DNA of 54,845 nucleotides from an uncultured Dehalococcoidia bacterium (lineage in GTDB: Bacteria > Chloroflexota > Dehalococcoidia > Lucifugimonadales > UBA1127), in contig CAZCPU010000001.1 in NCBI GenBank assembly GCA_964499855.1, forward strand, positions 1-54,845, written 5' to 3'. Made by a program: the position numbers and the translations under genes. Below, one piece after another: positions 20,294-29,354 of this stretch (within the stretch, counting starts at the first letter, position 1; every line of letters begins with the position of its first letter). The notes beneath the pieces were generated by a model. It was given only the letters and a program-made list of their open reading frames with translations, was not told the origin of the DNA and did not search any database.

Positions 20294-20848
20294 TTGCCGT
20301 CAACGAAAAACGTCGAGACGCTGGCCGAACTCAAGGAACGGCTGTCCTCCAGCGATTTCCTCATCAGCACCGGGTTCACCGGCCTGAACGTGGCAGCGAT
20401 GAACGAATTCCGGCGCAAGCTGCAGGGGCAGGGGCTGGAGTACCGCGTCGTCAAGAACACGCTGGCCACCCTGGCGGCCGAAGAGCTCGGCACGCCCCAA
20501 ATGGCGCAGCTGCTGACCGGCCCCACGGGCCTCGTCATGGGCAAGGGAGACCCGGCGGAGGCAGCCAAGCTGCTTACCGAGCACATTCGCACCTCCCGCA
20601 TCACCATGCCCGTCAATGGCGCGATGGTTGACGGCCAGGTGCTGAACTCATCGCAGGTGAGCGCGCTGGCCACCATGCCGCCCAGGCCCGTCATCATGGC
20701 GCAGCTCATGGGGCAGATCGCCGGCGTGGCGCAGCGGGTCGCCCGCTCTATGAACGGTCCCGCGCAGGGTCTCGCGATGACCCTAAACGGTCCCGCCCGC
20801 GGCGTGGCGACAGTGCTCCAGCGGAACGCGGAAAAGCAAGCTAGCTAA
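20294..20848 (+). CDS. rplJ: 50S ribosomal protein L10
   Basis: The start is TTG. NVAAMNEFRRKLQGQGLEYRVVKNTLA is present. Confidence 0.9.
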   Translation: MPSTKNVETLAELKERLSSSDFLISTGFTGLNVAAMNEFRRKLQGQGLEYRVVKNTLATLAAEELGTPQMAQLLTGPTGLVMGKGDPAEAAKLLTEHIRTSRITMPVNGAMVDGQVLNSSQVSALATMPPRPVIMAQLMGQIAGVAQRVARSMNGPAQGLAMTLNGPARGVATVLQRNAEKQAS

Positions 20849-20875
20849 CGGCAGAAACAAGGAGGAGGAAGAGCA

Positions 20876-21262
20876 ATGACCAAAGAAGAGATACTGGACG
20901 GCATCCTGGGACTCTCGCTGATGGACGCCGCCTGGGTTGTGAAGGAGCTTGAGGACAAACTCGGCGTCAGCGCGGCCATGCCGGTCGCCGCAGCGGCGGT
21001 TGCCGCCGCTCCCGCGGCCGCGGCTGAGGCTGCCGCGCCCGAGGAGGAGCAGACCGAGTTCACCGTGACCCTGACGGACATCGGCGCGAACAAGGTCAAC
21101 GTCATCAAGGCCGTCCGCGAGGTCACCACGCTGGGCCTGAAGGAAGCCAAGGACCTGGTTGAGGCCGCTCCCCAGCCTGTTCGGGAGGGCGTGTCCAAGG
21201 AAGAGGCGGACGAGGTCAAGTCGAAGATCGAGGCTGCGGGCGCGCAGGTCACCGTCTCGTAG
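20876..21262 (+). CDS. rplL: 50S ribosomal protein L7/L12
   Basis: An Ala-rich hinge is followed by [24 protein letters not shown]. Confidence 0.97.
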   Translation: MTKEEILDGILGLSLMDAAWVVKELEDKLGVSAAMPVAAAAVAAAPAAAAEAAAPEEEQTEFTVTLTDIGANKVNVIKAVREVTTLGLKEAKDLVEAAPQPVREGVSKEEADEVKSKIEAAGAQVTVS

Positions 21263-21370
21263 GTCCGCAACGACATCAGCCAGCGCGCGGCCCGCGTCTT
21301 GGGGGGCAAGGAGCCCTTCGCGGGAACGCGCAGGCTGTTCTGCGCGATGTCGCGCGAAAGGCGGTAACAC

Positions 21371-21628
21371 ATGAGCCGCCGTAAGGACAGAGAACGCTTT
21401 CTGGCAAACCGCCGCCAGAACCCCGACTACAAGGGGTTTCGCGGCTACGACAGTGATCCGTCCCGGACGGGAAACACGCCCCTTGTGGCGGTGAACTGTT
21501 CCGTGTGCGGGAAGAAACGCAACGTGCCGGTTGGGATTGCGGAGGAGCGGGGAGAGGGCTACGTATGCATGACGTGCCAGGACGAGCAAGCTGCCGAGGC
21601 AGCTGAAGCGTCGTCCCAGGCGCCATAA
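21371..21628 (+). CDS. small hypothetical protein with a 4-Cys zinc-ribbon-like motif
   Basis: CSVCGKKRNVPVGIAEERGEGYVCMTC (CxxC-x19-CxxC), with a basic N-terminus. Confidence 0.5.
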   Translation: MSRRKDRERFLANRRQNPDYKGFRGYDSDPSRTGNTPLVAVNCSVCGKKRNVPVGIAEERGEGYVCMTCQDEQAAEAAEASSQAP

Positions 21629-21660
21629 ACGAGACTCCATGGGAGGGAGGGCAACCTGCA

Positions 21661-22374
21661 GTGTCAGAGGTATCGCCACCCTCCGAGTACCACGGCAGGA
21701 TCCATGACCTCCCCACTGAAGACCGGCCCCGCGAGCGGCTTCGCGACCAGGGTCCCGGCGCTCTCAGCAGCCACGAGCTCCTCGCGATCCTCCTGCGCAC
21801 GGGCACCAGGGGCGAGGACGTCTTCACGCTCTCAAAGCGCCTCCTCGCAATGCGGCAGGGTCTGTCCGGCCTCGCACAGACCAGCTTCGGCGAGCTGCTG
21901 CAGCAGCATGGGCTCGGCCCAGCCAAGGCCGCCGAGGTCATGGCGGCGATGGAGCTCGGCAAGCGAATCGCATCGCTACCGAGCGATGCCAGGGCCCGCG
22001 TCTCCTCGTCGGCGGACGTCGCCCACCTACTGTTGCCGGAGATGATGTGGCTGAGCAAGGAGAGCCTTCGCGTCCTGCTCCTGAATACGAGGAACTACGT
22101 CATGGGCGTGCGGGAGGTCTACAACGGCACGGTGAACTCGGCAGACGTGCGGGTTTCAGAGGTCTTTCAGGATGCTGTCAGGGAAAACTGCAAATCCGTA
22201 ATTGTCGTACACAACCATCCCTCCGGCGATCCGACACCGAGCCGCGAGGACGTGCAGGTTACAGGCAAGCTGCTTGAAGCGGGCAAACTGCTAGACATAG
22301 AGCTGCTGGACCACATAGTACTTGCCAGGGACGGCTACGTGAGCCTCAAGGAGCGGCGGCTCGGGTTTCCATAG
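21661..22374 (+). CDS. radC: RadC-like JAB/MPN domain protein (UPF0758)
   Basis: An HhH-like N-terminus (ELLAILLRTGTRGEDV) and HNHPSGDPTPSREDVQVT are present. The start is GTG. Confidence 0.85.
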   Translation: MSEVSPPSEYHGRIHDLPTEDRPRERLRDQGPGALSSHELLAILLRTGTRGEDVFTLSKRLLAMRQGLSGLAQTSFGELLQQHGLGPAKAAEVMAAMELGKRIASLPSDARARVSSSADVAHLLLPEMMWLSKESLRVLLLNTRNYVMGVREVYNGTVNSADVRVSEVFQDAVRENCKSVIVVHNHPSGDPTPSREDVQVTGKLLEAGKLLDIELLDHIVLARDGYVSLKERRLGFP

Positions 22375-22429
22375 CCCGCGGCCGGGCAGAACGGGCCTAC
22401 GGCAGCGGGCAGAAAGCGGGCGTCCACTC

Positions 22430-23725
22430 TTGAACACGAGACCCGTCAGTCGACAGCAGCCCCGCCGGTATTACGGATGGGTCATCGTCTGGGTCACCGT
22501 GCTGTCAGCCATCGCGTCCGCCGTCATCATCAACCCGACAATTGGAGTCTTCGTCAAACCGATGGAGGAGGCGTTCGATTGGAACCGCTCCGTCATTGCG
22601 GGAGCTGTGGCAATCGGCACGCTTGCCGGCGGGGTGATGGCACTCGGGGTCGGGCCGATCATCGACAGGTTCGGTGCGCGGTGGGTATTGTTCACTGCAT
22701 TCCTGATCGTTGGCAGCCTCTTCGTCGCGTGGAGCGGCGTCACGACGCTCTGGCAATTCTATGCGGTCATCATCGTATCGCGGATGTTGCTGCAGGGCAT
22801 GATCAACCTGACGAATCAAACAGTGTTGGCCAAGTGGTTCGTCCGGCTTCGAGGACGGGCGCTGGCCTACGGCAATCTTGGGCAGCGCTTTGGGCAGGGC
22901 GTGGTGCCGGTCATGACGCAGTTCATCATCACCGGTGCAGGGTGGCGCACAGCGGCGGCGGCGCTGGGAATCTTCGCATGGACGATCACGCTCGTCCCCG
23001 TGTTCTTATGGATGCGACGGCAGCCTGAGGATATGGGCCTTCGCCCGGACGGCGACTCAGCCGAGCGTGAGGCATCCACTGCGGCCGACGCCCGAGAGCA
23101 GCACGCACCGCGGAGCGAGGTCCACTTTACGCTGCGAGAGACCCTTAGGACCAGGACTTTTTACATTCTGATGGGCGTCCTCTGCATTACGAGCTTTGTG
23201 AACACGGGCATCAACTTCAACTTCATCCCATTCATGAGCGACCAGGGTCTTTCCGAAACCGAGGTGGCCATCGTCGTCATGGTGTGGTCGATGATCGGCA
23301 TTCCGGCAGCGCTGGGCGCAGGTCTGCTGGTGGAGCGTGTCTCCGCGCAACCGGTGCTGGCGGGATTTCAACTGGGCATGATTGCGGGATCCTTGCTGCT
23401 CATCGCGCTCAGCAACGTCGGAATTGGAATTGCATTTGCGGTCGTGCAGGGGGTGTCGTTCGGCGGGTCGCTGCTCGCGCAGCAGGTCATCCTAGCCGAC
23501 TACTACGGCTCACGGCACCTGGGGGCTATCAGAGGGGCGGTGCTGCCGTGGCAAATGGCGGCGAACGCGATAGGCCCGCTGGCGGCCACCCTGGTTTTCG
23601 ACACGCAGGGCAGCTACGCCATCATCTTCTGGGCGTACGTGGCGATGCAGTCGCTGGTATTCCTAGCGCTGCTTGCGGCGCCCAAACCGCGCAAGCGAGC
23701 CGCAGGGGAGGCGGGAGGGGCCTAG
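22430..23725 (+). CDS. MFS transporter
   Basis: The profile shows about 12 hydrophobic segments in 431 aa. The start is TTG. Confidence 0.75.
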   Translation: MNTRPVSRQQPRRYYGWVIVWVTVLSAIASAVIINPTIGVFVKPMEEAFDWNRSVIAGAVAIGTLAGGVMALGVGPIIDRFGARWVLFTAFLIVGSLFVAWSGVTTLWQFYAVIIVSRMLLQGMINLTNQTVLAKWFVRLRGRALAYGNLGQRFGQGVVPVMTQFIITGAGWRTAAAALGIFAWTITLVPVFLWMRRQPEDMGLRPDGDSAEREASTAADAREQHAPRSEVHFTLRETLRTRTFYILMGVLCITSFVNTGINFNFIPFMSDQGLSETEVAIVVMVWSMIGIPAALGAGLLVERVSAQPVLAGFQLGMIAGSLLLIALSNVGIGIAFAVVQGVSFGGSLLAQQVILADYYGSRHLGAIRGAVLPWQMAANAIGPLAATLVFDTQGSYAIIFWAYVAMQSLVFLALLAAPKPRKRAAGEAGGA

Positions 23726-24597
23726 GCCTTCCCGGCGTCATTGGCGGCTCCCGTCTGTTCGACAATGAGGCGCGCAACGTCGGAGGCCGAGGGCGCGCCG
23801 TCCGTGTCCAGCTCCAGCGAGCCAAGCCATCGCATGCGCTCGTAGGCGGCGCGGTGGATGCTTCCATCGAAACCGAGGGCATCCAGCATCTTGGCGATCT
23901 CCGGCATCTCTTCTGCCCTGCGGTAGGCGCGCTTGGGGTTGCCGGGGACGAAGCGGTCGACGAACTGGATCACGCCGGCCATCGCGCGCGAATATTGATC
24001 CATAACGGTGTCCGCCACACCAAGGGCCTCAGCAGCCAGCAAGATGTCCAACGCCAACGTGGAAACGCCCTTGGTCATGCCCGCGTGACACAACTTCGCG
24101 CCTGATGCTTGACCAACGATGGGGCCCAGAAGAACCGTGTTGATTCCATACTCGCGCAAGGTGGCAACCTCCTCAGCGCGAGGGCCGGATAGGTAGAAGC
24201 TCGCGCTGCCGAGGTTGCGCGGCCCCCCTACGATGCCCCCGTCGACGACGTCCATGGCGCCGGCCGCCTCATGCGCGATGGCTTGCACTGTGACCGGCGC
24301 GATGGCGTTGAACTCGCCGAAGAGCGGGTGCGCGCCTACACGTCTCGCCGCGCCTGCAACGTCGGCAGCGACGGCAGGCGCCGTGTCTGAAGCGAGCACG
24401 GAGAGGACGAGGTTGGACTGCCGGACCATCTCGTCCAGGGAGCCGACGTCCTCGACGCCTGCGTTGATGGCGCGCGTGCGGGTTGCGTCGCTGCGGCCCT
24501 CGAGCGTGGTCACGACGCGGGTGTGGGCTGAGATTGTTCGCGCGATAGCGCTGCCCATCTCGCCGATGCCCAGCAGTCCGATTGTTTCAAAGCTCAT
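23722..24597 (-). CDS. NAD(P)-dependent oxidoreductase (6-phosphogluconate/beta-hydroxyacid dehydrogenase-like)
   Basis: I chose the internal ATG at 24597, giving MSFETIGLLGIGEMGSAIARTI (Rossmann fold). This start overlaps the stop of the upstream hydrolase gene (ATGA). Confidence 0.7.
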   Translation of the reverse strand: MSFETIGLLGIGEMGSAIARTISAHTRVVTTLEGRSDATRTRAINAGVEDVGSLDEMVRQSNLVLSVLASDTAPAVAADVAGAARRVGAHPLFGEFNAIAPVTVQAIAHEAAGAMDVVDGGIVGGPRNLGSASFYLSGPRAEEVATLREYGINTVLLGPIVGQASGAKLCHAGMTKGVSTLALDILLAAEALGVADTVMDQYSRAMAGVIQFVDRFVPGNPKRAYRRAEEMPEIAKMLDALGFDGSIHRAAYERMRWLGSLELDTDGAPSASDVARLIVEQTGAANDAGKA

Positions 24598-25457
24598 GTT
24601 GTTCTCCCTGCCGCGCCAGTGGTCGGTTCTGCCAACAAGAACGCCGTCACCTCGGCGTTGAACCGCTCCGCCTCCTCCATGTGCGGCCAGTGGCCAGCGC
24701 CAGGGAAGAAGAGGAAACGAGCATCCGGGACAGCCTCGGCCGCTGAGTACGCGTGCTGCGGCGGGAAGACGGGGTCCAGCGCGCCCCACACGATCATCAG
24801 CGGCATCTGCAGTTCCTGAAGCCGGGACAGCAGCCGGTAGCGCCGTTTCACACCGAAGATGTCCACACCCTGACGCAAGGACGATAGCACGGCGTCCCGC
24901 CCGCCGGGCAGCGATCGAGTGCGCACGAGCTCCTCGAACAACGCCTCCGGGTACGCCTTTCGAGGGCCGAAGACCAGTCGCATCATGGCCTTTGCGCTGC
25001 GGTGTGTCGGCCCCTCGAGGAGCTCGCCGAGGAACGGCAGCGACATGACCCGCAGGTAACCAGCGACCTCCCTGCCGAACCCGGCGGTGTTGATGAGCAC
25101 CAAGTGGGACACGCGCTCAGGGTATTGCAGCGCCGTCAACAGCGCGATGAGTCCCCCCATCGAGCTGCCCGCCAGCGCGGCCGATTCCGCCCCAATTGCG
25201 TCCAAGAACCCAAGCGTGAGGGACGTGCCCGCCTCTGTGGTGTAGTTGACGCCGATCTTCACACTGTCGCCATGGCCGGGAATGTCTGGGGCATACACGG
25301 CAAACCGCTCGGACAGCGGACCAACGTTCTCCTCCCATGTAATGCCCGAGGCCCCAAGCCCATGGAGAAAGACGATAGGATGACCTTCACCAGCAGCGGC
25401 GTAGTGAATATCCATGCCGTCGACAACTATGTGCTCATGACGCACAGTTGGAATCAT
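24594..25457 (-). CDS. alpha/beta hydrolase
   Basis: I chose the internal ATG at 25457, giving MIPTVRHEHIVVDGMDIHYAAAGEGHPIVFLHGLGASG. The nucleophile elbow GSSMGG is present. Confidence 0.8.
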   Translation of the reverse strand: MIPTVRHEHIVVDGMDIHYAAAGEGHPIVFLHGLGASGITWEENVGPLSERFAVYAPDIPGHGDSVKIGVNYTTEAGTSLTLGFLDAIGAESAALAGSSMGGLIALLTALQYPERVSHLVLINTAGFGREVAGYLRVMSLPFLGELLEGPTHRSAKAMMRLVFGPRKAYPEALFEELVRTRSLPGGRDAVLSSLRQGVDIFGVKRRYRLLSRLQELQMPLMIVWGALDPVFPPQHAYSAAEAVPDARFLFFPGAGHWPHMEEAERFNAEVTAFLLAEPTTGAAGRTT

Positions 25458-25479
25458 GCTTGTGCCTTTGCGGTGAGGA

Positions 25480-26826
25480 TCAGGGTTCGGAACGTCCCGC
25501 CTTCGGAGAGGCAGTGGGAATGGGAGGGCGTCGACAGTTATAGTACAGCAGGCCGGACGCGCCGTACATGAGCATAAACGTGAAGATGACCGCCCCGTAA
25601 CCGGACGTGTCCGAGACCCAACCCGCGAAGACCGGCCCCGCGGCGGCGAAGGGCGTCGTGCCCATACTGAGCATCCCCCAAAGCCGCGCGTAGTGGCTGT
25701 TGCCGAAGTACTCGCCAAGGATTGCGCGATTCAACGCATGCGCCCCCTGTCCAAAGCCAAAGAGGACGATGAAGACGTACACAAGTGGCGCTTCATGCAG
25801 CAGCAACAGGAACAGCGATAGCGACTCGAGACCGACGATGATCCCCATGACCTTGCGACGCAGGAAGAGGTCGCTAATGTAACCGCCCGCCAACGCACCG
25901 ATGACTCCCATGCCAGCCATGATGCCAACCAAGAATCCCGCCTCGACGCTCGTATACCCATAGCGGTCCTGCAGCATTGGCGACATGTGCAGCACCATGC
26001 CAGCCTGGCTCATTTGCCTGAGCGCAAGGGCGCCCATGAAGAACCAGAATGCATGCGCCCGAAATGCCTGACCGACGGTGAAATTCCTGCCGGGGACCTG
26101 GACCAGCGCGTGGGGCTTTCCGTCGGCTTGCCGGGTGTCCAGCAATGCCGTGGGAGCGACGGGAGGCTCCGCAGGGTCGCCGTCGGGCAGGAGGCCCATG
26201 TCCTGCGGCCGGGTACGGATGAGCTTGGTGATCGGCATGACCAGCACGAAGATCGCTATGCCGGTGACCACCGCGCCGGTCTCCCAACCCCAACGCGCGA
26301 TGATGAAGGCGAGCATCGGGGCGAGGACGACGCCGCCCATGGCCTGCGACGCCATGCCGATGCCCATTGCACGGCCCTTCTTGCGATTGAACCAGTTGTT
26401 GATCGTCGCCCAATTTGGCGCGAATCCCCCGATGTTCGCGCCCAGGGACACCATGAAGGTCCAGGTGACGATGAACAATAGCAGGTTGCGGGCAACGAGG
26501 CCAAAGAGGACCATGCCGAGGCCCATGAGGAACATGCCCACAATGATGGGCGGCCTCGGACCAAAGCGATCGATGAAGTAGCCGACGATGGGAGCGAGCA
26601 CGGTGTTCTCGGCTCGCGCCAAGGCAATCGCGAGGGACGTGACGGTGCGGCTGATGCCCAACGCCTGCGACACGGGGTTGAAGAAGACTGTGGCGCCGTA
26701 GTTGGTGACACCGGAGGAGAAGCCCATAACCAAGCAGTTGGCCGCAAGAATGAACCAACCGTGGAAGATTCCTCGGCGTCTGCCCTCTTCGTGGGGTATG
26801 TGCTGGGGCGAGTCGCTGATTGCCAT
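25480..26826 (-). CDS. MFS transporter
   Basis: I chose the internal ATG at 26826 (MAISDSPQHIPHEEGRRRGIFHGWFILAANCLV). The protein is polytopic and hydrophobic. Confidence 0.75.
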   Translation of the reverse strand: MAISDSPQHIPHEEGRRRGIFHGWFILAANCLVMGFSSGVTNYGATVFFNPVSQALGISRTVTSLAIALARAENTVLAPIVGYFIDRFGPRPPIIVGMFLMGLGMVLFGLVARNLLLFIVTWTFMVSLGANIGGFAPNWATINNWFNRKKGRAMGIGMASQAMGGVVLAPMLAFIIARWGWETGAVVTGIAIFVLVMPITKLIRTRPQDMGLLPDGDPAEPPVAPTALLDTRQADGKPHALVQVPGRNFTVGQAFRAHAFWFFMGALALRQMSQAGMVLHMSPMLQDRYGYTSVEAGFLVGIMAGMGVIGALAGGYISDLFLRRKVMGIIVGLESLSLFLLLLHEAPLVYVFIVLFGFGQGAHALNRAILGEYFGNSHYARLWGMLSMGTTPFAAAGPVFAGWVSDTSGYGAVIFTFMLMYGASGLLYYNCRRPPIPTASPKAGRSEP

Positions 26827-26969
26827 TGCACCATCGCTTGTGCGCTCAAGGGCGCAACCTGCTGAGCATACCTGCACACCAGCGTGCCTAGCAAGCAGCG
26901 GGCCTTGGGGTGCGCTCGGCGACGATGTGGTGCACAATGACGAAGGCGCATACGCCACGGGAGAATGAC

Positions 26970-28463
26970 ATGGCAGAGGCAACGGCCGGGGCAATTCACG
27001 CACCGGAGTTCCCGGACGGCTTGGAGTGGCTCAACTCGGACGCACCGGTCCGGCTGGCGGACCTGAGGGGCAAACTGGTGCTCCTGGACTTTTGGACTTT
27101 CTGCTGAGTCAACTGCATGCACATACTTCCGCAGTTGCGGAAGCTGGAAGAAGCCTACCCAGAAGAGATAGTCGTGCTCGGCGTCCACTCCGCCAAGTTC
27201 CCGGCGGAGAAGGAGACCGACGCTGTCCGGCAGGCCATACTCCGCTACGACATCCGGCACCCCGTCGTGAACGACCGAGACTTCCAGGTATGGCAGCGCT
27301 ACGCGGCCCGAGCGTGGCCCTCCTTGTACATAATCGACCCCGAGGGAAAGGTGCTGGGAAAGCACGAAGGCGAGTACCGTTTCGAGGACCTAGACAACTT
27401 CCTCCACCCTCTCGTCGAAGCCTACGACATCAAGGGCCTCATCCAGCGCAGCCCGACGACGTGGACGCTGGAGCGCGACAAGCAGGCCGCGGAGAACGCC
27501 CTCGCTTTTCCGGGCAAGCTGCTCGCGGACGAGGCGGGCAACCGTCTCTTCATCGCCGACTCGGGCCACCACCGCATCGTGGTTGCCTCGCTCCAGGGCG
27601 AGGTGCAGGACGTCATTGGCGGCGGCGATCCCGGAATGAGAGACGGCAGTTACCTGGAAGCGCAATTCAACGACCCACAAGGCATGGCGCTGGACGGGGA
27701 CACGCTCTATGTCGCGGACAAGGAAAACCACGCGCTTCGCAAGGTTGACCTGGCCGCGAGGAAGGTCCAGACCATCTCCGGCACTGGAGAGGCCGCCATG
27801 ACCTTCATGCCCCCCGGCCCCGCGGCCGGCATGCCGCTTCGCTCGCCTTGGGACATTACGGTGGTAAACGGCACGCTCTATATTGCGATGGCCGGCACGC
27901 ACCAACTCTGGTCGATGGACATGGCGAGCAGCACCATCGGCCCCTTCGCAGGCAGCGGCCGCGAGGGACTCAGCGACGGCCCACTCAAGCAGGCCTGGCT
28001 CGCGCAGCCCACGGGCATTACGCACGACGGCAATGGACGCCTCTACTTCGCGGACAGCGAGACCAGCGCCGTGCGGTCGGCAACCACCGACGTGGCAGGT
28101 AGCGTCGAGACGCTCGTTGGCAAAGACCTCTTCGACTTCGGAGACCGCGATGGCATTGGCTCTCGCGTGCTCCTCCAGCACGTGCAGGGCGTTTGCTACA
28201 ACGACGGCGCGCTCTATATAGCAGACACATACAACAGCAAGATCAAGCGAGTCGACCCCGGCACCAAGGAGACCACGTCGATAATTGGCGGGCCGGAGTC
28301 CGGCTTTCAGGATGGAGCGTGGGGGGAAGCCCGTCTGAACGAGCCGTCGGGCGTGTCCTGCGCCAACGGGACGCTCTACATCGCGGACACCAACAATCAC
28401 GCCATCCGAGTCGCGGACCTCGGCACGGGGCAGGTGTCGACGTTGGAATTGCGGGGCTTGTGA
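26970..28463 (+). CDS. thioredoxin-fold + NHL-repeat protein with an in-frame TGA at 27105-27107 (candidate selenocysteine; otherwise a pseudogene or truncated gene)
   Basis: The track ORFs 26910..27107 and 27117..28463 are in the same frame. The joined reading is MAEATAGAIHAPEFPDGLEWLNSDAPVRLADLRGKLVLLDFWTFC-[TGA]-VNCMHILPQLRKLEEAYPEEIVVLGVHSAKF..., so the TGA occupies the first Cys of the redox CxxC. A GGGAG SD lies 7 nt before the ATG at 26970. NHL-like repeats (LYIAD, LYVAD, LYFAD) follow. Confidence 0.65.
27126..27143 (+). promoter_or_regulatory. candidate bacterial SECIS-like hairpin
   Basis: CUUCCGC-AGUU-GCGGAAG is a perfect 7 bp stem. It starts 18 nt after the UGA, and the apical loop contains GU. 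Confidence 0.45.
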
Positions 28464-28652
28464 GGAGTAAGTCCTCCAGTTGCCACGAATAACTCTTGAA
28501 CACAATGGCCAATGAGAGTCTTGCTCGATATGCTGAAGGCATAAAGTGACTTCGGAGAGCCAGCATTGACAACAGCGAGCCCGGCGCCTCCGCAGAACGA
28601 GGAGCTTCAGCGGATCTTGCAGTTCTAAGCGACCAAGGAAGACTTGGCTAAC

Positions 28653-28796
28653 ATGGAAACTCGCTTGGTCACAGCCATCGGCGAAGCCAAAGCCGACATG
28701 CTGAAGACGATTATTCTCGTGATGCTGGCCGGAATTGCCGCCACGGCGACCGTCACTGCCGGGATTCTAGCGACAGCGATACAACTTCTCGGTTAG
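28653..28796 (+). CDS. small hypothetical membrane protein (47 aa), possibly the remnant of a longer gene
   Basis: METRLVTAIGEAKADMLKTIILVMLAGIAATATVTAGILATAIQLLG. The region has lower GC. An in-frame TAA lies 9 codons upstream of the ATG. Confidence 0.3.
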   Translation: METRLVTAIGEAKADMLKTIILVMLAGIAATATVTAGILATAIQLLG

Positions 28797-28857
28797 CAGA
28801 CACGCTTTCCTTTCCCCCTAGCTCCAATCGACAGACCATCCCGAATGACCTTTCCCG

Positions 28858-28886
28858 TTGACACTCCCTACGCCGCTGGCTACCAT
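28858..28886 (+). promoter_or_regulatory. candidate promoter for iscA/erpA
   Basis: TTGACA (28858-28863), a 17 nt spacer, then TACCAT (28881-28886). Confidence 0.5.
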
Positions 28887-28927
28887 ACTGGTACTGCACC
28901 GGGCAGGTCATGTTTGGAGGAGGAGTT

Positions 28928-29278
28928 ATGCCGGAGGCGGTAGCCCCACTGACGATCCACATCACGGAACGGGCCGCGAAGAAGGTTGTCTACTTCGCTG
29001 AAAGGGACGGCAAGGGCGAAGAGTTCGGCCTGCGAGTCGGCGTGAAGGGCGGAGGCTGCTCCGGCCTCACCTACACGCTTTCCGTCGAGTCCGGCCCGCA
29101 GGAAGAAGACAAGGTTATCGAGGACAACGGCATCCGCCTGTTTGTACCCAAGAAGAGTTTTGTCTTCCTGGCGGGCACAGAGCTGGACTTCTCAGACGGG
29201 CTGAACGGCAAGGGGTTCACCTTCGTCAACCCCAACGCCAAGAGCACCTGCGGCTGCGGGACCAGCTTCTCGGTCTAG
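28928..29278 (+). CDS. erpA: iron-sulfur cluster insertion/assembly protein (IscA/ErpA/HesB family)
   Basis: GGGCSGLTY and the C-terminal CGCGTSFSV are present. A GGAGGAGG SD precedes the ATG at 28928. Confidence 0.85.
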   Translation: MPEAVAPLTIHITERAAKKVVYFAERDGKGEEFGLRVGVKGGGCSGLTYTLSVESGPQEEDKVIEDNGIRLFVPKKSFVFLAGTELDFSDGLNGKGFTFVNPNAKSTCGCGTSFSV

Positions 29279-29354
29279 ACCGCACACGACGCCAACAGGG
29301 CCGCTTGTCCATGCCCCGCAGGACGGCGGCCTTTGTGTATCCGAGGAAGGACGA

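Noticed and set aside
27117-28463. Taking the track ORF at face value as a complete gene starting at Met 27117
   Set aside because: That start would delete the first strand and the redox motif of the thioredoxin fold. It has no SD. It would also leave 45 well-formed in-frame codons with a proper RBS unexplained. The readthrough (Sec) or pseudogene interpretations fit better.
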